A DNA stretch of 58,314 nt, the filler included, from Bipalium vagum (taxonomy: Eukaryota): NCBI GenBank assembly GCA_037834085.1. It is 3 parts of 3 records of this genome, joined end to end, with 100 filler letters (N's around TTAATTAATTAA, not from the genome) between each part and the next. Parts side by side here need not be neighbours in the genome. Positions count along the whole stretch, not along the records: positions 1 to 22,393 come from JBBMKC010221904.1; positions 22,494 to 42,621 come from JBBMKC010259826.1; 1 more part is not named here. The stretch is one strand, 5' to 3'. Positions within the stretch are counted from its first letter, which is position 1; each line of letters opens with the position of its first letter. Below, piece after piece: positions 13,278-25,329 of the stretch. The notes under the pieces were generated by a model. The model had not been told where the DNA came from. It saw only the letters and a list, made by a program, of their open reading frames with translations, and did not search any database. The translations under genes and the position numbers were made by a program.

Positions 13278-14534
13278 TATAATAAGTATATAATTTAGTA
13301 TACTTATTTAAAATAATATAAATTTTTATAATGTGGTTATTTTGTGATATATAATTACTGTTTATGGTTTGTTAATCAAGGAGGATCTTTTTAAAATCGT
13401 TTATTCATGAGTGCATAGTAAAAATTACATTTATAAAAGGTAAGATATCTTAGAAAAGATTTCCAGATATATAAAAGAGTAATGATTGCTTCAATGTCAA
13501 TCATTATTTAATATTCTTAATTACGAAGTAGTTTACGGGTTAGAAAATATTAAGATTAGAAACGTTCATTATTTAACTTTAATTATTATTTGATAATTAG
13601 TAAAAGTTAGTTAGATCAAAGTTATTATAATTAGTACAATAAAAGGCTTCGCCTGTCTGTCGATTTATTAACAGATTTATTACATATAACTATCAATGTG
13701 CTAATTTTTATACTAACCGAATCTTACTCCTTTACTTTTAATGTAATTAGGTTCAGCAATAATCCTATGGGTAATAACTCACACAATAAGACAATAAACT
13801 TTATTACTTCCCAACATAAAAAATAATATTATACAACAAACATTAATAAGGTTCTAAACGATTACCAAAAAGTGAAACAATTTAAAATCGTATCTCAACG
13901 AATTTATTGCACTGGATATATATAACGTCAATCAGTTCCCTTTCACACTCATTGAATGTATTGTTCCAATAAATCAAGAAATAGTTAATGATGAAGCTCC
14001 TTAAATTTGACTAATAATCAATAATAATAATAATAAAATAAGAATCAACACTTCGTACTAATATTATAATTATAAAATTTCATTGTGTTGTATCTCTCGA
14101 GTCGCTGAGAACTCTATAGCTGGCTGAACTCTATAAAATACGGATATCTTATAGCGTACATACTAAACGGCATATATTTTAATATTACTGTGATTTGGGT
14201 CGTTTTGCTCACTACCAAAAATATATGGATTTTATAAATTTTCATTTCGACTGTTAATACTTCTCTTAAATAAATATAAGATTTTTTTCACACAATAATT
14301 ATTTAATTTACCAAAATTTAATTTTCAAAATTATTTCTCAAAAATTTTTAGTCGTATTTATGGCTTTTCGTATCAAAAATGGATCCCTGAATTGAGAGAT
14401 AATTTAATCGACAAAAATTTCAAAAAGCTACACTGGTAAAATATGAAAAAGGTCAAAAAGGACATAAAAAAAGATATTCTTAGATAAAAGAAGAGTCTAT
14501 CTTGAATTTAAAGATGAAAGAAAAGATATTATTG

Positions 14535-15304
14535 TATAGCTGTCACAATAAGAAGTGGGATTTAGTTTTTATCAATTTATAAGGCAAATAGACTTTAATT
14601 AAAATAAATAAAATTTGATAAATATTTCACATATATTTATTTCAATAAAACAATAAATATTAGTATTTAATTTGTCCCTTATTTTTCTCAAGATATCTTT
14701 GAATTCTTGTTGACATGCTTCGAATTAATGACTTGATAGTTTCAACAGAGATTTCATCCCAAATTTCTTGCATAGCTATCTGTAAATGTTTCACATCTTT
14801 TGGTTGTCGTTATCGTACATCATTTTTCATTATTCCCCAATGATTTTCAATGGGATTGAGGTCAGCGGAGTTAATTGGCCATGAATTGGCCGCCCACTTA
14901 TTTTCTCGCAACCATTCAGATGTGGATTTTGAGGTATAGCACGTTGTAACATCTTGTTGAAAGATGAATGATTTCTGTTGAAGAGTTTTTTTCTACTGTC
15001 CTTAAGAATATTCCCGCTATTTTAATTATTTCTGCATGGATTTCATAACTTTTTTTGAATAAATTTTGAACTTGGAAATGTGTGGTTTTCATTTCGGACA
15101 ATTAATTTAAGGAAATTATCAAGATAATAGTCATTATAAGGTTTAATTTAAAATGATTATGTATGATTAAAATAAATTAAAATTAAATTATTATGATTAA
15201 AAATATCTTACCTAGTTCTTAAAGTAACCGCCTGGTATTGAGAATATTTGAATTATTTAAATAAATTTAATATAAAACCGTCACTTTTTATTGTGACAAC
15301 TATA
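14535..15304 (-). mobile_element. Internally deleted Tc1-like (DD34E) element
   Basis: TIRs tatagctgtcacaataagaagtg and tatagttgtcacaataaaaagtg; WPINSADLNPIENHWGIMK at about 14825-14881. Confidence 0.88.
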
Positions 15305-16959
15305 TTTGTGATATAAATAAAGGTATAAGTAAAAAAATAAATAAAAATAGTAATTTAAATCTCTGGTTACATTATTTTTTTCATACAAGGTTCATATTGG
15401 CTTCTACATTGTTGCGTGTTCGGGACTGTATGTCTTCTTCCATATCTTGTGTTTCAAGACTATTTAACATATTCAATTACCTTAAGCTGTCTCCGCTGAT
15501 ATAGGTAATCATTAAAATCTTTCTTGTATGAAGTTGAAAAGTTTTTATAACGATAATTTATCTGAGTAATTTTGATACAAAACTAGTGTCAAAGTTAAAA
15601 GTTAGCAATATTAAATCTAAATTTTTCTAAGTAAAAATTGTGGTCTTGTAGAAAAATTGGTTTTAATAAGAGGGAAAAAATTAATTGTATTTATTAATGA
15701 TTACACAATATAGTGGTTAAAATTAAATTTTTTACTAAACCAAAATGACTACTTACAAAAAAATATATGATAAAATGATATGATAAAAAAAGTACTTAGA
15801 TATATATTCATGAAAATATTGTTGGAATATATGATGATAAAAAACAAAGTGAGTAAGCACAGATTTATGCTTTATCAAAATCTACTGTCAACAGTATTAT
15901 CAAGATTTATTCTAAAGAAAACAGATTTGATAAAAAAATTAAAATTTGGTTCCAAGAATCTAAAGCGAACAAAAGAAAGTAATTAACTACATTCAACGAA
16001 AGATCGATGAAAAATGTGATACCATGTTTAAGTAAATTGCAAATTATGTTTATGTAATATTTGGCATAAAGCTTTCACGTGCAATAATAGGAAATGCTCT
16101 TAAAAATATGCATTACTCGGGTTATAAAATTTATAAAAATACAATTTAATAAAATGAAATTCTCATTGTTAATTTTGTTTTTCATTTAAATAAATATGAA
16201 ATTGAATTAAGCAAATAACAAATTGAATTAAATAAATACCAAATTGAATTTTAAACCCTGTAATTCGGTTACAAGAGGTGTTGGAGTTATATTGAGATAT
16301 GACTGTATATGTATATCGAAATTTATCTAATATTTTGCTATGAGAAAATAAATTATAAACGCATTTGTGATAACCTCGAGTTACTTAGCAGGACTTAGGA
16401 TTTATCTGATACTCATCTCGTCCCCTAAATTATTTATATAAAAACAATGACCTGTGCACCGAAATCACTTGGAACATGATTCTTTTATGATTTTTATTAT
16501 CACAGTTATTACAGGTTATTAAAATACAGTACAATAAAGTTTAAAAAGAAATAAAAATCAGATCTAAGAACTTATTCTCTTTCTCGTTAAATCTAAAAGC
16601 AACAGAAAAAGTAATAAAAATGTTAAACAAGAAATAACAACTGTGTAAACTACAAATTAATTCTACAAATGAAATAAATCGTATGGAAATACTAAATTTA
16701 TTAAACTTCAGCACAAAATCATGAAAATGGTAGGTAAATAATAAACCTATTTTTAAAACGTTTCTTTAAAAGTTGTCTTGTCCGACAGGCACTAGGAGCT
16801 CTCTATTTATTTGGCTGTACTTGACAAATAGGATATCGCAGAGCGTTCATTTGTAAATTCATTGGCAACAACTGTTGCCAGGACATTCATAAATATTTAT
16901 TTCCCATTAAAAATTCGTAATGGATTTCCTCTCATCTTCCGAAGAAATTAGTCTATTAT

Positions 16960-17830
16960 TTTCGATAAGGTTCCGTGTATTCATGCTGAGTAATAAATTT
17001 TTAAGATAATAAATTTTTAAGATGACCTATATAGACCTTCGGGATCGTCATATATTACTTTTTTGAGATAAACTACTATTAAATCTTTTAAGATGATTGA
17101 GAAGACAAACATTGGGCATCCTGGATAATGCGTCAATGTTTGACTTTTTTTGGTAGATAATTTTATAATTGTATTCTTAGAGTTTCACCATCTATTCAAA
17201 TTGTCTTTTGGTATTGGCATAACGTAAAATTGTCGAATGCGTTAGGCATAATTTGAAATTTCTGAAAAATAATCGTTAATCGTCCGTCCATTCGTTTATT
17301 TGTTTTTAACAATTTATTTAAAGGTGCTGGAATTTGAGAAAAGTTTTACAAATTTTTTGCGATAGTTCACTAATCTATGAAATATTTGAACTTTTTATAG
17401 AGGTGTTGTATTTTTAAATTAATCAATGATATCTGATTCAGGTTCAATACATGAGTGAGAAATAATTTGGCCAATATATTAATATCTAACTTTCATATGG
17501 ATTTCAAAGTCTGTAAGGGCATTCAGTTTCATTAGTTTCTTCTTGCACGTTAAGTGCATTTATTATTGTAATTAGGAATAGAATTATTGTTTTGTTTACT
17601 TTGAAAATAAATAATCTATGATCTATTCATTTGTAGTTGATTATTTATACGCAAAATACTATACAATTTAGTAGAGAAAATATTAAATTTAACTCTTATT
17701 TATTGGAGAGCCTTGATTCCATTGTCAATTTGTAACAATGTATTGGTTGGTGATTTTGATTTTGAATAACTTAACCAAACATCTCATTTCTATTCAGTAT
17801 AATAGCTGCTTTGATTTCATGTCGTAGTTC
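16960..17830 (-). mobile_element. Highly decayed Gypsy LTR retrotransposon pol (RT-RNase H) remnant
   Basis: YIGQIISHSCIEPES (cf. YLGHIIS..GI.PDP), a frameshifted YRKF..FSQIPAPLNKL stretch, and NIDALSRMP (RNase H end). Confidence 0.65.
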
Positions 17831-18847
17831 AGATCACGATTAGTTTATGACTATCACTTTAATGTCATAATGTCATTTAATTAAATAACCAACTAAAATA
17901 ACAAAAAAAGTTTATATATTTATATTATTTTTAGTTATATTTATTAGGTTGTTAAGTTAGAAATGTGTGGTTACAATACTAAGTTGATGTAGGGTGCATT
18001 TGTTACATCTGCTTATTTTGCTCATGAAATGTAAATTATTTATTATCTCATAACTGTATTTGAACCTCTCAGCTAATTATCGATTAGTTTGTCGGCAATC
18101 TGTGTCAATTAATTCTTTTAATCAATCTTCATCTATCGTTAGAGAACGTCCTCTGTATTGGTCACTTTCAGATTCATATTTAAATTGTTTAACTTTTCTC
18201 GAGCATCGAACATTACTAATAAAAATATCACCAAACAAATCGCATACTATTCGGTATGATTTTGCAGTTGTTTTTCCTTGTTTGAAATCATACCACATAC
18301 AAATGCGAATTTTCTATTTTTGATCACAGATATTTCTAACATTATTTTCTAACTAAAAAAATGAATGAAGTGAAATATAATATTAGTAAAATATTATAAA
18401 TGAAACAAATACACATAATAAATTTAAAATAAAGGTTTTTTGGTGGTTTATGTAATAATAAATTTTATTCATTAAAACGCGCATTTCTAACTTAACTTAA
18501 TATATCGATATCTTTAAATTTACATTATTATTGAAAATGATAAATGGTGAAAAAATCTTTGTTATTTGAAAAAATCCAAAAATTTACGATTATTTTAAGG
18601 AAAGAAACTCTCACTTTTAGGCTTAGAGGTCCTACAAGAAACAACCGATTTATCACCAAACAAAAAATAATATATAGAAGTGAGGAAACGGTAAAACTTT
18701 ACCATAGTATTTATTTAAAAATATGAGGTAATTAACTAATGATCACCATTCAAATTTCATTAAATTTTTCATATATTAAAGAATTTATGGTTATTGGTAT
18801 TTGTAGTTAATCAAATTATTTAAATAGTATATTTGAAAGCAACTAAT

Positions 18848-20040
18848 TATACCGAGTGTTCAAATTATTAGTTTAAAAACAAATGATTGATCATTCTTCG
18901 TACATTATGAATTCCAAACAATCTTACATTTTCACAAAGATCAAAAAACGGATTTATTTTTTTAACAAAATTGAGGTACAAAATATTTTTTTATTTTATC
19001 AAAAAATTTACGGAAAATTAATATGTACATAGTCAATTTTTCCGGTTTTCACCCTCATTTTCCAAACATGCTTCCAGCCTAAGAGTGATATTTTCCACAT
19101 CTTGAAGCTTTTGTTCTGCCACGCTCTGTAAAGCTTGTATGATACATTCATTCAGTATTTCAAGACTGTTTGGGTGATTGTCGTCTGGATAAACCTTTCC
19201 TTTCAAGAATGACTGTAATAAGAAATCCAAGAGTATTAGATCAGGGCTTTGGGCAGCCATTCATTTGGAAATCCTCTGAAACTTTTTTAAAACCGAAAGT
19301 CTTTTTAAAAAAATACTCGTACCTGTTTGAGGAGCAGTTCCATCTTGTTGGAAACTTATACGGTTAAATTTTGGCAATGATCTGAGGTTCGGAATAAAGT
19401 GGTGAATGAACATATCCAAATATCGTTTAGTATTTATTGTTTCAATTTTGCCATTGTGGTCAAAATATATGGCCCACTTAAAAAGGAAGACGACATTCCA
19501 ATAAAGACGTTGATATTTGTTAAGAATGTGGAATATTCATCTACAATATTGGACTTTAGCGATTTTTGTCTATTCACAGATCCATTGAGATGGAATGAAC
19601 ATTCTAACATTCATCACTCCACACAATTCGGGATGAAAATTTATGATTCTTGGATATGTTTGACATAAATTTGCACAACCATAACGATTTACCTGGTGAT
19701 ATTCTGAGAGACTGCACAATTGTGATTTTATAAGGAAACTATTTCAATTCACATCTAAAATACGTGTTAACAGTTGAAATTGATGAATCTAAAGCAGAAT
19801 TTAATTTCCTTATTCTCTACTTTCATCTGGCGTAATGCAGTACCAATGTCATCTCTTCTGAAAGTCTAGGCTATCTCAAATTTTGATCTTTATTAATATA
19901 ACCTTTATTAATTAACCATTTTTCTGATTTTCTGCACTGAAAGTGTCACTTTCGTTTTATCTTTTTTTCTGTAGAAAATTTTCTGAGTTTCATTGTGAAA
20001 CTCTCAGTTTTAAAAAATTAACTTCACTGGTTAAATTCTG
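18848..20040 (-). mobile_element. Decayed Tc1/mariner element of the WPPRSPDLTPLDF type (rosa/DD41D-like)
   Basis: FQQDGTAP at about 19329-19353; SPDLILLDFLLQSFLKGKVY; RLEACLENEG. Boundaries approximate. Confidence 0.75.
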
Positions 20041-20407
20041 TGGAAATTTGATATGTAATATATTGCTAAAAATAATTAATTTAAAATAATAATTTTTAAT
20101 ATTTATGCATCTAAACAAAACAAAGTTATATATAAACAAGGATTTAAAAAATCTGTTAAATCTCTTAAATAAAATTGGAGCAGATTAAGAGCTTAACGGT
20201 AGAAGGTTTTATGCGTTTATGAGAAATGATTTTTAATCGAATAAAGCAATAAAATGGAATTCAAATATAATTGAATAATATTGAATGAAAATCTTAATAT
20301 TTTTTAATTTACAAAAACCAGAGTGATCGCTATAATAACAATCCCCTATAAGAAAGGTTCCCTAAAAGTTTCGGTTAATTAAAGAAAGGATGTCTTTTCG
20401 CACAGAT

Positions 20408-20651
20408 ATCAGTGTTTCATAAGCCCACATAGAAATGTAATTATTTTTTATTATATATTATATTTATTATTATTATTTTTTACAAGTTAGACACTACTGT
20501 TTGATATCTTTAATCATATTTGGCAAGTAATCAGTGTCTCATAAGCCCACAAAGAAATGTAATTATTTTTTATTATATATTATATTTATTATTATTATAT
20601 TTTACAAGTTAGACACTACTGTTTGATATCTTTAATCATATTTGGCAAGTA
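20408..20651. repeat. Tandem duplication, 2 x 122 bp
   Basis: atcagtgt(t/c)tcataagcccac...tttggcaagta repeated at offset 122 with about 3 differences. Confidence 0.95.
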
Positions 20652-20960
20652 ATATTTTTTTTAGCAATACGAGATCTGGTTTTTCTGTTAGATAAATGTT
20701 CTCCGAGAGTAGTACCATCATGATATTGAATTAATACGGATTCTCTAAAATTCTCAGGGACAAAAACTAAAGAATACAAATTTTCACGATATATCTCAAT
20801 AAACTTTACTTATTATTTTTTAATATGGCGTGTTAATAGAAAACGAAGGGTTTTTGATGTATTGATCGATGTTTTGAATTTCAGCATCATCAGATACTAT
20901 CATTTTGAGGTTTTCAACATTGTTAAGTTGTTTGAGCTGACTTAGAAGACAAATCTGAGC
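20600..20960 (-). mobile_element. Gypsy integrase zinc-binding (HHCC) domain remnant
   Basis: VFVPENFRESVLIQYHDGTTLGEHLSNRKTRSRIAKK, then a frameshifted YYLPNMIKDIKQ*CLTCK. Confidence 0.75.
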
Positions 20961-22393
20961 TCAAATTTAACATAATTGATTAATATAATTGATCTCAGGA
21001 TGATTCATGTAATTTTTATAATGACTTAAATCGGTAATAGCCATGCTCCACAAATTATTTTCCAAGAGAGCTATTTTGAAATATAGACATATGTTACAAT
21101 GATTACGAGTATTAATAAGTCATATAATTATGGAAATAACGTCAATAACAACATGAATAATGTCATCAAATGGAAATGAAGTCATTTATACACCAATAAT
21201 AATCGCAGGAATGCAAGCAAACAATAAAAAATAATATAAATACCCAGATGAAAATCATAAAAATTGCCTTCAAAAATTTCTAACTCTTAGCTTATAACAA
21301 CTAAACATTAGGATTTTGAATAATAGAGTTTATTATAACTCGTTGAAACAAATAACAGTGTAAGTGAATTATCATATTCAATGTAATTAAATAAATAATT
21401 AATTTCACAGAACGCGAATATAAGTTCACGTTTCTGTCTTTATTTAATTAAATTTCCAGATTCTTTGTGTTTTATACTAACAATTACGATCTGGTAAACT
21501 AGTTATCAGATTCGATATTTTATTTCAAGGCGTCTACACATTTCTTAGTGTAGATTGATCTCTTCTTTAATTAAATATTGTCATTTTGATTTTATTATAT
21601 AATATTATTTATAATAGTAAAAGAAAAACCTTCACTAAACTTAACATAACCATTATTTTATAACCACCTTTTATAAATTAGGATCTTAACAAATATATGT
21701 TTTCATAATGAAAACTCAACAATCAAAAGTAAAATGTTAACGAGAACTAATTAAGAACTTCTTAATACTTTTATTTGCAAACATATAAAAAGAAAATTAA
21801 AAATTTATTTCATAAAAACCTCTAAGTGCTTATTTAATCCTTTCAAAGTTACTCAGTAAGCTCTGAATAGACCCTAAGAAAATTTACCAACTCTTACTGC
21901 TGGTAAAAAAACAAAAGAAAGTAACAGATTGTAAAAAAATAATTAAACAATTCTAGCAATGTGATTATTGTGATTATAATCCAATAATAATTAGACAAAG
22001 TGTAGTTGATGTTATAATCTTGTGCAATTTTAAACTAATTTTCCAAGATATGATTTTACAAATATTAAAAATAATAAAAATAAAATTGATCTTTACAAGT
22101 GTTGGGTTTACCAAGACACCCCCCCCGGGGAAAAATAAATAATAAAAAACTATAAATAAGGTATAAATACTACTACTAATAATATTAATAATTAAAATTA
22201 ATTAATACTTGAAAGTCATTGAAAAATTCCCAGGAACTTTCTTTTTAAAATACTTAAAAAAATAAGATAATCCTCGAAAATAATTTCTTACTAATATACG
22301 GAAATGTAGCAACGTGTGCTCGTCGGCTTTTGACTCCTCACTTTGTGTACTCGTTGTGTTCGGAATCCCTACTCTTCTTTTCCTATACAAAAC

Positions 22394-22493
22394 NNNNNNN
22401 NNNNNNNNNNNNNNNNNNNNNNNNNNNNNNNNNNNNNTTAATTAATTAANNNNNNNNNNNNNNNNNNNNNNNNNNNNNNNNNNNNNNNNNNNN
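22394..22493. other. Artificial assembly spacer N44-TTAATTAATTAA-N44
   Basis: Exactly 100 nt; the palindromic core gives stop codons in all six frames; identical to 42622-42721. Confidence 0.95.
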
Positions 22494-22529
22494 TACTTTA
22501 TATTGATTCTATTATAATTTTAGATAAAT

Positions 22530-23330
22530 ATCACTATGTGATTAACTGAGAAACAAAGAGTAAAAGTAATCCAGATTTATTATGGAAATAATAATAATGG
22601 TTTTGAAACCAGTCGCTTGTTATTTATTATTTGGCAGAGGCAAAGTTGAAAAATCACAAGTTTAATTAGTAAAATTGAAATAACAGAACCCTTGAGTTCA
22701 AGAAGGTAAATTTCAACAACAATTAAAGAGAATCAATGTTGAGCACTCTTCAAAAATCTACAGACGACCTTCTTCACGGTTGAATATTAGTTTGTCCAAC
22801 TTCAAGATGAGATTGTACATCTCTCGTCTCCTACAAAGTTTGCATTATGAGGATGAAGACATGTGATTAGAGTTTTTTGAAATTTCTATGAGTAATGTGG
22901 GAAAGATGAGACTTAATAACTAAAAAATCGTGATCAAATGAAACAATCTTTAAGTATAATTGGCATATCAATCGTGATAACTGTGCGGATCGGACTGATG
23001 CTAACCCATTTTTCATTTTGTAAAATAATATTAACTAACCACAGGTTACAGTCTTAGCTGTCATTTTCTCCATAGAAAATGATAGAGTTCGATATCATTT
23101 AATGGAAAAGTTAATAGTAATAATTATGAACTTGTGCTGCAAACTAAATTTTTGGAAATCTAAAAGATCTTTATTTTGAACAGGATAGCGTGCCACCCAA
23201 CAATCTTATTCTAAAGCAGAGTTGATTGAACCACCTATAACTATTGAGTGGCCACTACTATTACCAGATATAACATCGCCAGACTTTAATTTGCGTAGGT
23301 TATCGAATAATCTTTTCTATAATGAAGTAT
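22530..23330 (+). mobile_element. Decayed rosa/DD41D-like Tc1/mariner transposase
   Basis: LTEKQRVKVIQIYYGNNN (N-terminal HTH), FEQDSVPP and IEWPLLLPDITSPDF. Confidence 0.65.
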
Positions 23331-23339
23331 AAACAAAGT

Positions 23340-23800
23340 ATGAATGTGTCGTCATTGATGACGAAACATGTTTTAGAAAAATTTTAATATATATTACTGG
23401 ACAATATATATTCCTGATGATTGCAAATTCAAATTGAGAAGAAAATTTCTTCAAAGTTTCTTGTTTGGCATGCGATATGTTCATGTAGCCTAAAAACTAG
23501 TCCTTATCTCACACCTGATACGATGAATTCACAAATATATCAGCAATGTTTAAAATCTTCTGAAATGTTTACTATCATTAATAAAGAGACATAAAACAAG
23601 CCCATTTTTCTGACCAAATTTAACAAGCATCTATTTCGCAAAAAACACTATAAAGCGGTTTGAGGATAATGCCAATTATGTACCAAAAGGCAGAACATCG
23701 ACCTTTTGAATAATACTGGTCAATTGAGGAAAGTTATTTAAAGAATATTAATAAAACTATCGAAACAATTCAGCAATTTCGGGAAGAATGGTTAGGGGCA
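23340..23800 (+). mobile_element. ITmD37E (DD37E) transposase remnant
   Basis: CVVIDDETC, KFLVWHAICSCSLKTSPY..TMNSQIY, F*PNLTSIYFAKNT (cf. FWPDLASCHY) and RPFE*YWSI (cf. RPIEKYWAI). Confidence 0.75.
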
Positions 23801-23897
23801 ATTCAATCCCAACAAAACCAAAACAGAGACCGAGACCGAGAGTTGTCAAGCCCAAATCCAGGTTCCGAATACTCAAAGCCATTGACAAAAACAAACA

Positions 23898-23980
23898 ATT
23901 TGTGATCTAATGATAATAAATCTGATCCTTTTTCTTACAATTTGTGACCAAATGATAATAAATCTAATACTTTTATTCTT
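23898..23980. repeat. Imperfect tandem repeat, 2 x about 41 bp
   Basis: aatttgtga(tct/cca)aatgataataaatct repeated. Confidence 0.75.
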
Positions 23981-25329
23981 AATGTAAAAACTCTTGTATG
24001 ATATGTTCTTTTGGCAGTTCTATGAACTTTTTGTGTATAAAATAAATTTAATGATTTTTTGTTATTAACTTTTTATAAAGGTTTCAAAATGTAAATATAT
24101 GTATTCAATATGTATGTAAATCGTCCTTGATTGGCATAATATATAAATTATTAATAAGATAATAAAATAATGATTAATGAATAATATATAGTTAAACAAT
24201 ATATAAATAATTATTTACGAAAGTAGGAATAAAGTATTAATTATTATTTATATTATATTATTATTATTATAAAGTAATGAATTAATTAAAATATATGAAT
24301 TGGGAATTCAATAATTAAGGAAATTTATATTAAAGTAACAAAAGTTTACTAAAAATAAATAAAAAATAAATTTTTATAATAAGAATTAATAGAATAAAAA
24401 TAGTAATAATAAGCAAGAAAATTATAATAAGAAATAGGAAGTTGTTATTTATAAAAAATTAGATTAGAATGATGGTATAAAAGTGAATGAAAAAACATAG
24501 AAATCAGAAAACGTAAAAAATAAACAACCACAATCAAATCGATTAGCATATATCTAAATTGGTTATCAAGATCAAACAGAATTATAAAAAATAAAAGCCT
24601 ACGATCAGAACAACAAATATTAATCAACCGTTTAAAAGCCTACAGATCGAAAAAAAGGAAGCAGAAAGACTCACCAGACCAGAATTCATATTTAAACACG
24701 TTCGGCCTACAGTGAATATTTGTATACTTGTACCAGTTCTTCAAGAGAGAAAAATATGCTACCTACAAACGTTAAAACATAAACACAATAAGCTCCACTC
24801 TTTAAAATTTATCCAATTTTTAGGATCTTTCAAACACATTTCTCAATTGGCATGAGACATACGAAGATGACGGAAAGTCTTGAAAGAAAAATTATCATCT
24901 AAAAGAAAATTTTGAATACTTTCGTGTACAAAAAATCAAGAAATGAATGTCTCTAATTAAACAACTTCGGAGAAATTGTTAAATCCAAAGTTTGACAAGT
25001 AGAACGAAAACAAAATAATCGTGGATTTGAATTCACGTAACAGTAATGATTTCTTTTTCTACCTCATTGTTAAATGTAATGAAAAGTTGATTAAGTAGGT
25101 ATAACAAATGTAGTAGCTCAGTTCAATAATTAAGCTGGACATTTCCAAATCAATAGTAATTGTGACTTTGGATGTGCTAGACTATTATTAAGGAAAGTTA
25201 TTAACTTGATTCCTAAATGAAGACATAATTACACAATTTTTGATTTTAATTAAACTTATTTATAAATTCTCTAAATAAAGTGGACAAATTTAAGCAAAAA
25301 ACTAAAATTAAAATCAATATGTATATATT

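Noticed and set aside
15390-15503. Exon-like hydrophobic segment between AG and GTAAT, considered as a TRPC pre-S1 exon
   Set aside because: All three frames hit a stop before the donor, there is no recognisable motif, and it lies on a different contig from the TRPC exons.
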